A stretch of DNA of 64,000 bases from NCBI GenBank assembly GCA_963749155.1, contig CAVVLO010000002.1:448001-512000 (forward strand), written 5' to 3'. Positions 51,899 through 61,280 of the stretch are shown piece after piece. The translations under genes were made by a program, and so were the position numbers. This DNA comes from an uncultured Armatimonadia bacterium. Lineage in GTDB: Bacteria; Armatimonadota; Zipacnadia; CAVVLO01. Under the pieces are notes generated by a model. That model did no database searches and was not told where the DNA came from. It worked only from the letters and a program-made list of their open reading frames with translations. Numbering within the stretch: position 1 is the first letter of the stretch; every line of letters starts with the position of its first letter.

Positions 51899-53449
51899 TT
51901 ACCTGTTGAACTCGTAGATATGGACGGCATAGGGCCCGAAGGAGTCGCGAAATAGTCCTGATTGGGATTTCTGTTTCCTGTCTTCAGACCATACTTTCGC
52001 CTCTCGACCAGGAGGATTGGTCAGGTGGCAAAGCAAGGTCTCTGTCACAGGATTCACAGCTACAATAAAAGTCTTCCCCTTACAGGCCCACAAGCGTGAC
52101 TGGAGCCTTGGGTCACTCCACTCGACTTCGGCAGACGACTCGCTCTGCACAAGTACCTCCCCAAATCTGGCTACCTCGGTGTTCAACTTGCCAAAATAGT
52201 CCCAGAGAGGGCTATCGGGCAGATACCAGTGCCCGCGCTTCGAATTAGGCAGTGTTTCTCCCGTAAAGTAGGCATACCAGATGATGCCTGTTGCGCCCTT
52301 CACCAGGCCAAGGTAAGCCTGACATCGTAGTTGCTCTGGTTTTGGCTCCAACCACATGGTCGCCTTAGGGTCGTCGCCGCCCGCAAAAGCTTGGGGAACG
52401 TTCCACATTGGCTTCCCGGCGGATTCGGCAATCTTCTTTGTTTCTCGGAGCCAGACTGCATAATCGGAAAGGTCCCGGCTCAAAATACCGTTGCAATACC
52501 TGATGTCATAATAGTCTGGCATTACTACATCCACAGAGTCGATTACTGGAGGAAGGGATGCAATCATGCCAATTGCAGTTCCAACAGGCCGATGTGGGTC
52601 TACCACTTGCGCGGCTTCAGAATAGAAATTTCTGCTAATCTCGATTTGATGGGGCTGGTATGGCTCATCAACTCCATACCACATCAAAACATTCTGCTGG
52701 CGATCCGCGCGTGAGCGCAGCTTTATAAATCCCTCCCTGTCAGTGAAACTTGCCCCCTCTGTAAGCACGGCTAGCCCCTCTCTAGTTGCCTCGCCCAGAA
52801 AGGCTTCAGAGGGCGCAGACCAGCAGTGGACCACTGTATTGAAGCCGCGCGCCTTGACGTCCGCCAGGGCTTGACGCCAGTCTGTATCGGGGAGCCCGAG
52901 CTTCTCTGCTTCCGAGTGGACATATGTTGTGAAAACTGCGGGCTGCATATGGTAGATTCCTAGCGGGAAGAAGGGTTTACCGTTGACATAACATATCCGG
53001 CGATGGTCGAAGGTGACTTCATATCCCCCAGGCGGTAGCACGCGCACCGGCAGCTCCCGCTTTAGCTGCAAAATCTGGTCCTTCGAGTGGAAGCTCAACT
53101 TGAACAGGTAATCGCCTGGACTGAGGTCCGAAAGGTCTCTGGCATACTGGCAACTCCCGTCCTTATCCACCTTCAGGGTAGCCTTCCAGGAATCTGTCAG
53201 CTGCGTATCAGAGACTAGCTCCCCAGCCATATACACTGACAATCCGGGCTTTAGATGTGTATCCAGCCTGATGCGCAGTTCCTTAACCGGGTCTTTTGAC
53301 TGGATCTGATTCCTGTAGCCTGGATAAATAACGGTAAGCTCAGGCTGCTCAGGCTCCGCTCCATAAAGCCCAGTTCCCAGGCAACTCAAGCCCATTCCAA
53401 CAAGCAAGGTTAACAAAGTGCCATAAGTTTTCGGGTGATTCTTCGCCAA
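51899..53449 (-). CDS. Secreted putative glycoside hydrolase (Ig-like domain + TIM barrel)
   Basis: AGGAGG then TTG, hydrophobic leader. Motifs VNGKPFFPLGIY, GFNTV, WYGVDEP and GATGIIWY. Confidence 0.65.
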   Translation of the reverse strand: MAKNHPKTYGTLLTLLVGMGLSCLGTGLYGAEPEQPELTVIYPGYRNQIQSKDPVKELRIRLDTHLKPGLSVYMAGELVSDTQLTDSWKATLKVDKDGSCQYARDLSDLSPGDYLFKLSFHSKDQILQLKRELPVRVLPPGGYEVTFDHRRICYVNGKPFFPLGIYHMQPAVFTTYVHSEAEKLGLPDTDWRQALADVKARGFNTVVHCWSAPSEAFLGEATREGLAVLTEGASFTDREGFIKLRSRADRQQNVLMWYGVDEPYQPHQIEISRNFYSEAAQVVDPHRPVGTAIGMIASLPPVIDSVDVVMPDYYDIRYCNGILSRDLSDYAVWLRETKKIAESAGKPMWNVPQAFAGGDDPKATMWLEPKPEQLRCQAYLGLVKGATGIIWYAYFTGETLPNSKRGHWYLPDSPLWDYFGKLNTEVARFGEVLVQSESSAEVEWSDPRLQSRLWACKGKTFIVAVNPVTETLLCHLTNPPGREAKVWSEDRKQKSQSGLFRDSFGPYAVHIYEFNR

Positions 53450-53481
53450 CTTAGCTCGCCTCCTGACCTAGCAAGAAGGAC

Positions 53482-53554
53482 TTCTACTTTAGGAACCTCT
53501 CTCCCTGCCCAAATGGAAAGCCTGCTCTAGAGGGACAAGCTGGATATCACGAAT
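53482..53554. promoter_or_regulatory. Degenerate divergent sigma-H-like promoter pair
   Basis: Minus strand GCAGG-N18-AGAA (53508-53482) and plus strand AGAGG-N16-CGAAT (53529-53554). Confidence 0.4.
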
Positions 53555-53566
53555 ATTTAGATTCCA

Positions 53567-55520
53567 ATGGAGCATCAAGACCCAGAATCAGCCGAACAAA
53601 CTCAGCCTCTCCCTGCAGGTGAGGCGCAAGGGCAACAGCGCAAGGTGCGCGCGCGCGCCTTTGTTGTTGCCTTCGCGCTAATGCCTTTGAACGTCTACTG
53701 GATTATTGCGGCCGAGATCCGGTGGTACCTGCCGCTGACCCTGAATCCACTCTTTGTGACACCTGTCTTCTGGCTGGCTCTGCTGGCAGGTCTCAACGCG
53801 CTCTTGCGCCGTTTCGCACCCAAACTGGTTTTTCGCCCCACCGAACTTGTCGTTATCTACATAATGCTGGTCGTCAGTTGCACTATGGCGACTCACGACT
53901 ACATCATCAACCTGATGTCGATTATGGGCTGGCCCGCCTGGATTGCCTCCCCCGAAAACAAATGGGAATCGCTGCTCTTCCCCTACCTGCCCAAGTCGCT
54001 TTTTGTCTGGGATATGGACGTGCTGAGAGGCTTCTTTAATGGGGGCAGCTCGCTTTACGAGTGGAAAGTCATCAAGACCTGGCTGCCGCCACTTGGGGTT
54101 TGGAGCCTTTTCATCTTCTCGATGGGCTTCACTTTCTTCTGCCTCAATGTGCTGCTGCGCAAGATGTGGACGGAATATACCAAGCTCTCCTTCCCCATCA
54201 TCCGCTTGCCTCTGGCGCTGACCGAGCACCCCAGCGATTTCGCAATGCTCAAGACGCGCATGTTCTGGATGGGCTTCAGCCTGGCGGGTGTGATGGCCCT
54301 GCTCAACGGACTGAATGTCTGGTATCCAGGAGTCCCCCATCTCTCGGTACTGGCGCGTTATATCCAGTTTGCGACCCCTCCCTGGTCGGCAATGGGTTCT
54401 ACTCCCTACACCATCTACCCCTTCTGCATTGGCCTGGGCTTCTTGCTGCCCCTCGATGTCGCCTTCAGTTGCTGGTTCTTTATGCTTTTTATCAAGCTCC
54501 AGATGCTGCTGGGCTATGTGGTTGGGGTGCGAGATGTGCCAGATTTCCCTTACACGGCAGAACAACAGATGGGCGCCTGGTACACCTTTGGCCTGATATT
54601 GCTCTACGGCAGTCGCCATCATCTGAAAGACGCCTTCCATGCGGTGTTCAGGCGCGATGGGTCGGATGCAGAGGAGGCTATCTCTTATCGGCTGGCCTTC
54701 TGGGGTGTCGTCTTCGGGATTGTCTTCTTCCTGGTCTTTTGGGTGCAGGTCGGCTTCAGTCTGATCTGGGCCATCGTGGCGCTGGTGACCTATCTGCTGG
54801 TGTCACTTACCATCACACGCATACGGGCCGAGGCTGGCGCTCAGCACACGGTGTGGGATCTAGAACCTGCCAAGCTCTTCCGCCTGTTCGACTCGCGCAG
54901 CCTTGGCCCCTCGAACCTGACCGCGGGAGCGCTTTCTCACTGGTACTGGCGCCTCAATCGCAGCCACCTGATGCCAGCCCAGCTTGAGGCGATGAAGCTC
55001 GCGATGGAGCACAAGATGCCACTGCGCTCGCTTCGCTTCCCTCTGCTGGCGGCCTTTGCGCTTGCGGTTATCCTCTCTATGTGGGCTTGCCTGGATGTGC
55101 TTTACAAGGACGGCGCGCTGGCCAAATGCCAGGGCTTTGCGGTCTGGTGCAGCTATGAGACCTTCGACACGCTTCGGACTTCGATGGATGTCGGTTTCAA
55201 AATGCAACCCGCGCGCTGGGTGGCGGCCACCTCGGCCAGTGGCTTGACTCTAGCTGCTGACCTGGCTGCGGTCGCGTTTCGTGTGGTTCCCCTTCCACCC
55301 GCTTGGTTATTGCGTTGGCCCCTGGGCCTGGTGGTTCTGGTTCCCCTTCTTTATCGCCTGGCTGGTGAAAAAGCTCATCCTGCGCTACGGCGGACTGAAG
55401 GTCTACAAGCAGGCGCTGCCCTTCTTCCTGGGGCTGATCCTGGGCGACTACGGCATCGGCGCCATCTGGTCGCTGATAGGCGTCTTCTGGCAAGTGCCGG
55501 TTATGCGCATCTTCCACTAG
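53567..55520 (+). CDS. DUF6785/DUF6784 polytopic membrane protein (+1 frameshift near 55255)
   Basis: EL.VIY.M, W.EY.KL.FP, IGLGFLLPLDV.FS.W, TRIRAE.G and C-terminal WFPFHPLGY, K.LILRYGG, PFFLGLILG. Confidence 0.8.
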
Positions 55521-57671
55521 CCCTCAGGTTGCCACGGGCCAGGGGGCGTGCGGTCGAGATCGGCCTTCACCTCGGCGAAGATACTGGCAAGGTCCAGTCC
55601 TGATGAAAGCTCCCACAGCGAAGTGTTTTGCTCTCTCAGGCCGCAGATAATTGCGCCCCAGGCCTGCGACCAGCCTGTCTCGACGCTCCAGGCGCCCCAG
55701 CCGATATCTCCCGAACTCGCCCAGAACTCCCACCGGTCATAGTTGAAGGCCCTGAACCAGCACCCATCCAGCCAGGGGATGTCTGGAGCCTTGACCTGGA
55801 TACGGCAGAGATACTCTGTCAGCTTGTCGGCAATCTCGGCAACTCGCTTATCGCCTGTCGCGCGGGCGGCCTCATGTAGCCCCAGTAGCGCAAAACCGCT
55901 GGTATAGAGCTGGTCGCTGGCCGGGTCGCCGTTCTGCTGAATGAGCGGCACCTCGGTCGTGCCATAAGACTCGTTGGAGCTTGCTGCGAAATAGAAACCG
56001 CCGACCTTGGTCTCATTGGTGCGTTCTTGCAACGCCCCGCACGGCGCCTGCACGTTGGCGAGATCCCTGGCCATCTGATAGACCCACTCGCGGTGCTCGG
56101 GTGTATCGTCTACTCGCACCAGCCACGCGAGGCAAAGCAGGATGCGTCCTCGCTCCAGGGTGTCGCCCCAGCGCCAGTTGTCAGGCCCGACTTCCATCGT
56201 CATCCGGATGGCGTTGCGGGCTTTGTCGAGGAAAGGCGCATAGCCTGTGTGCTGATACGCCCAGAGGTAACAGGCCCAGAGGAAGGACTCGAAATGGGTC
56301 GCGTAGTTGATGCGCGAGGTATCTTCGAAGTGCTTCCAGCCGATACTGCTCGAGCTCTGGCATATCTATCCGGTCGATACGGAAGCCCTCCGGCCCTGTG
56401 GTGCGCAGGTTGGCGAGCAGCGCGCGCAGCAACGGGACGTTCCAGCGTTCCTCTCCCAGGCAAGCCGCCGCGCCCAGTGTCCCGAGCATCGCCCGGGCAT
56501 TGTCATCCCCGTAATTGGCTATCTCGAGTTCCTTGCGAAGTTCTCCCCAGGCGATGAGGCCATAGGCCGGGTGCATCGGGTTGCCTCGCCCGCCCTTGCA
56601 GAACTCGGAGGTGAAGTAGAGATAGTCCAAAAGGTTGGCTGAAGCCTGCTGGCTGCGCTGATTACCGTTCACCAGGCCATCCAGAGCCAGCACAAAGGCA
56701 GCTTCGCCGTGACAGTCGGCGCGATAAGGCAACCTTTCCACCTGACGACCATCGCATTTTATCGGTGAAGAAAGGCCTTCCAGTATGCCCCAGGAGCCGT
56801 CACCCGCTTCGATGGGGTCGGGCAATTCGCCTGAATCCTGCGCGGCAATCAGGGAGGCGACGACCTCGTCTCTGCGCGAAGCCGGCACCAGCATCCCCGC
56901 ATCAAAATACCAGTTGGCCATCGCGCTGACAGCCTGCGCCTCGACATCAGGGGGCAACTGGTCTTCTGGGCCATAGGCCGGTTGGACCGTGGGCTGCCAG
57001 GAGAGCTTCACCGGCGCGCCAAGAGCGGCCAGAAGCTTCTCCCAGATGACAGTCCAGGCCGCGGTTGGCGAATACCGGGCGGTTACGAACTGAGAGAGCT
57101 TGGTCGTCGCAACGAAGCCCTGCTCTTTCGGTAGCTCGAACAGCACAGGAGAAGCCGTATCAGGCAACCCGAAGACCGCTGTGTCGAAGCCGGCAACCCG
57201 CGCCACAACCAGCCAGGGGTGTTCTGCCTCGACCGGCAGGAAGTGGCAATCGTGGATGCCGACGATAGTGAGCGCTGGCAGCTCCGGCCCGAAGTCATCT
57301 GAAGCGACGACTCCGCGCTCCCACTCGATGTGGCGCACCTCGCCCAGCTCCAGGCCAGGCACGGCGGCGGGGTATTCTATGTAGAGCTTCAGGTGCTTTG
57401 CGGCAGCCTGATCAAACAGGTCGGCGGGTAGCTCTGTCTGCCTGGTTGGATACCCATCAGCCAGTAGCAGCAGGGCAGAATTTGCCGGCGCCTGCACAAG
57501 GGCTTCGGCAGGCAGGTCAAAACGCGCAACCTCATAACCTGAATCGCCAAGCACTCGGTAGAGATCATTATCAGCAGAACAACATAGAGTCAGAGCCACA
57601 GTTTTAGCCTCCGCAGGATTCGCCCAGCCGAGCAAAAGGGCCAGGCACGCATATACGAGTACTTTTATCAT
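55517..57671 (-). CDS. Secreted protein with (alpha/alpha)6-barrel glycosidase-like C-terminus (+1 frameshift near 56343)
   Basis: ATGA overlap with the upstream stop and a signal peptide. After the shift the frame reads GWKHFED...YLWAYQHTG...RMTME into ORF 56203-55517. Confidence 0.65.
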
Positions 57672-60600
57672 GGTAGCTTTTGTACTACACAACTCACGGC
57701 CTTAGGGGCAAGCTCCAGCTCCAGCAAGGCGTTGCCGTTTTCTAGCCGAGGCTCCAAAGCCTCACCGGTCCAGCCGTTGGTGTAAGTTGCGCCTTCGACA
57801 TGAGGCACTGCAAGCAGTGGCCCGCGCGCAGTGCGCCCGTTATCGTTGTAGAGGGTCCAGACGCGCTCTTTCGGTGCTCTGAAGGCGTTGGCGAACACAC
57901 CCGCCTGAAGTGTTGGCACTAGCGGTTCGACATCGGCAGAACTGAAAGCGTCCCTGTGCTCGCACAGCACCTGCACTGCTCTGGTCTGCAGAGCGAGCGC
58001 AGGGGGATCGTAGCCAGGCAGCCCTGGGCCAAGATAGTAGCTTTCCCCATTGAAGAAGGGGAACTTCACCGGCCACCAGTTGCCTGCTCTGTAGGCCACA
58101 TAATGGATTATGTGGAACTGTTTGAAGGCCGGGAAGGCGAACCGGGGCAAGTTAACATAATGCGGCGATAAGGCCCTCTGGTCGAGCCCCCATAGCGCCT
58201 GATAGGTGAAGGAGCCATCCAGTGGCTGGCGCATTACTTCGGCAGGGGGATATTCACTGTAGAGTGAGATATCCGGCCCAACCGCCTCGCGGATGCGCTG
58301 GGCAAGCAGTACCTCTCCCTGGTAGGGGATCTCCCAGCCGTTATGGCCGTGATCTTTGGCCTCGCAAAGCCACCTGCCATCGGTCGCGCCGATCTCGTCG
58401 ATATACATCCCCTTCATACCGAAGTCGTTTTGCAGGCGGTGTAGACTGTGGCCAGGTGTTCGCGCCAGTCTTCGATGTAGGGGCATTCGTTGAAGGCCTT
58501 GTACTCCGGCACCCAGTTGAGACTGCCATCGGCGCGTTTCATCGCCCAGGCTTCGGCATATTGCCCAGCAAGCTGGCCGGCAGGGCAAGAGAGATAACCG
58601 TCCTGATAGGTGCCAACGCCGATGCCCTCGGCCTGGGCCCTCTGGATGTTATCGCGGAAGTATTCCAGTCCACCGACAGTGTCGTCATAGTGGTTGTAGT
58701 CGCCCCAATCGCCGTATTGCTGGGAGGAGAAAGGCCCAAACATATGGATATAGTCACAGTAGCCTGTGTATTTGCGCATCAGGTCTATAGCGGGTTGGAC
58801 ATTGCCTCGGTCGCGCGGGGCGGGTATGGCATCGAAGTGAGAATTGATGCCCATAAAGGCGAAGGTCCGCTCCCACCAGGGCTTGGCGGCAGGGGGCTTG
58901 TACCAGGAGGAAAGCCAGTCTTTATAAGCGCCAAACAGCGCACGCCAGTCGCCCTCAAGCCCGGCAAGTTCGGTCTCGGTAGCGTTGAAAGTCTCCCCAG
59001 GCGCGAGGTCGCGCCTGGGATACTCCACCGCCCAGGCCCCGCCCCTCTCGTCTTTGCCCATCCGAAGGAAATGATGCTGAGCGACGGTGTCGTGCGTATA
59101 ACAGCCTAGCGCCAGGCCAAGCTCGGGGTTGAAGAAGCCATCCAGTTGCAGCGGGTGGCGTTCACCAAGCGGTTCTCTGAAGCTGGCCGGCTGGTCGTTG
59201 ATGATGCCGCCGCGCCTTCCAAACAGGTACCAGGTGTCAGCTCCGGAGCCAAGCTGCACGCCCGCCAGCACGGGAAAGAGCACGGTCGCGGTCAGCGACT
59301 CGGTGCCCTGGTTGGTAAGTGAAAGCGTTAGTTCCACGCGACCTGAAGCGCCAGGTCGGGCTTCGACGACTGCCAGCAGGCCCGTGCTCTGGCTGCGCAG
59401 CACAAACTGGCGTTTGTTGGCCGAGGGCTCAGAGGAAAGCAGTTGCCAGTCCGCCTCGGGCAGCTTCTCTTCCCCCAGCCACACCTCGAACACCGGCCCA
59501 TGAGCGAGTTTCAACGTGTCCGGCAGCCCCGCCAGCTCAAGCCCCTGCCAGGTTAATCCTTGAGAAGTAGAAAACTCGGCCCGCAAAGACCCGCTGACGA
59601 TGGCTTGCTCGGTCGGAGGAGGCACGGGCCAGTTGGTGTCGAGAGTCACCGCCTGGCTTGCGGGCGAGGCGAAGTTGAGATCTAGCGGAGCAGGTTCCGT
59701 AGCTTTAGGCGCGCCGGAATTAGCTGTCACGCCCAGGATTGCAAAGGTGCCTGTCTCCATCCCGTCATACACCGCGAGCGCCACCGGTTTACGCGCCGGG
59801 TCGGGGTGTACAGCGCTCACGCTAAAGCCCCGCGGAAGGCCCCACTTGTTAGTCTCGACCTCCAGCGGCAACACGAGATCGGGTGGGCCGCTTTCATACT
59901 GCACTTCGAAGACGACCTTCTCAGGCTCGGTCAGTACTTCCTGCGGCAGGGGCGATTTGGCGTCCAATCCCCAGGGTTCCGCCGAGGGAGCCGCCGCCGC
60001 CATCAGCACCAGGTATTCAGGGGCGATCTCGGAAAGAGCGACCTCCATCTGACCTAGTTCCGCAACGCCCGTCTGGCGCGCTTGCTCAGGGCTTGAGGGC
60101 ACCTGGAAGGGTACTCCGCCGACAGTGATGCGGTCGGAAGAGAACCACCCCACCGCCTGCAGGTGCCTGGGCAGTGACCCGCCTGTCAGCCCACCGGTGG
60201 CCTCAAACGGAAGCGGATCGAGGCCGGCGATCGCAGGCGCAGAGGGCACGTAGTCCACCAGCTTCTCGAAGGGCCACTGGACAGGCGCCGACCCGAAGGT
60301 CACCTCGTCCAGCCAAAGCTCGGTCTGTTCGCTGAGAGAGTCAATCCCCAGCGCGAACTGCGTCGCGGTGAAGTTCTTCTGCAGCCCAAGGCTGGCGGTA
60401 TGCCAGCGCCCATCGGCAATCAGGTCTCTGCCGTAGATCAGTATGGCAGAGGGATCCTGATCATCATCGCCTACCCAAAATATATAGTTATATGGGCCAA
60501 ACTCCCCTGTGGCGCGATAGCGGAAGCTCAGCCAGTTCAACTCGGCGATGTCGACCGGCTCGGGCAAATTAGCGCCCCAGCGCATCGCTTTGCCCTTCCC

Positions 60601-61266
60601 CTGAAGGCCGAGGTGCAGCAGGCCCTCTTCAACTTCTGCCCCGAAGTCAGTCGCGGGATTCGTAATCCAGCTTGTCCGGGCCTCAAGAGGAAGCGTCTCC
60701 CAATCGAGGGTGACAAATCGGCGCGCGGGAGGCTCGAAGGCAATAACTTTCGCATCAGGGGGCGCTTCATCGGCATACCAAAGCCTCTCGACAGTCAGCC
60801 TGGCGCTGCCGGAGGCCCCACAGCGCAACTTGAGAGCAATCTGCGAAAGCGGTTCGAGGGCATCCAGGCTCAGCAAATCGACCGCTAGTGTATGCGCAGC
60901 GCCATCGCTCAGAACTTCTCCACCTGGAATCAATGTCCGTCCGCCAGGGGTGCCTTCCCAGCCGTGCAAAAGGTAGTCGCCTGGGTCTGTCGGGAAGCCT
61001 TCAGCCCGGTAGGTGAGTACCAGATACCGCGCCTCACCAGGGCCTTCCCCAGGCAGGAAGGTGAGTTGCCAGGGCAGGTTTTTACCTGCGCCCTCAATTG
61101 AGAAGACAAGCGCCCCATCTTCGACCGTAAGGCCAAACTGGTCGGGGCTGGCTCCGCTCACCCAGGTCGGGCGCGGCCCCCAGCGCGCAGCGGTTTCGGC
61201 TCCGATGTCCGCCAGGGCATATCCTGCGAGTAGCAACGCCATCAGCGCAAGCAGGCTCATCTTCAT
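57668..61266 (-). CDS. Secreted DUF6259-like multidomain glycoside hydrolase (frameshift near 58440)
   Basis: RBS GGAGG, signal peptide MKMSLLAL and tandem CBM-like modules. Motifs GDW......Y..W, GG...FR..I, CP....W and G.YIDE.G. Confidence 0.65.
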
Positions 61267-61280
61267 CGTCGGCCTCCCTG

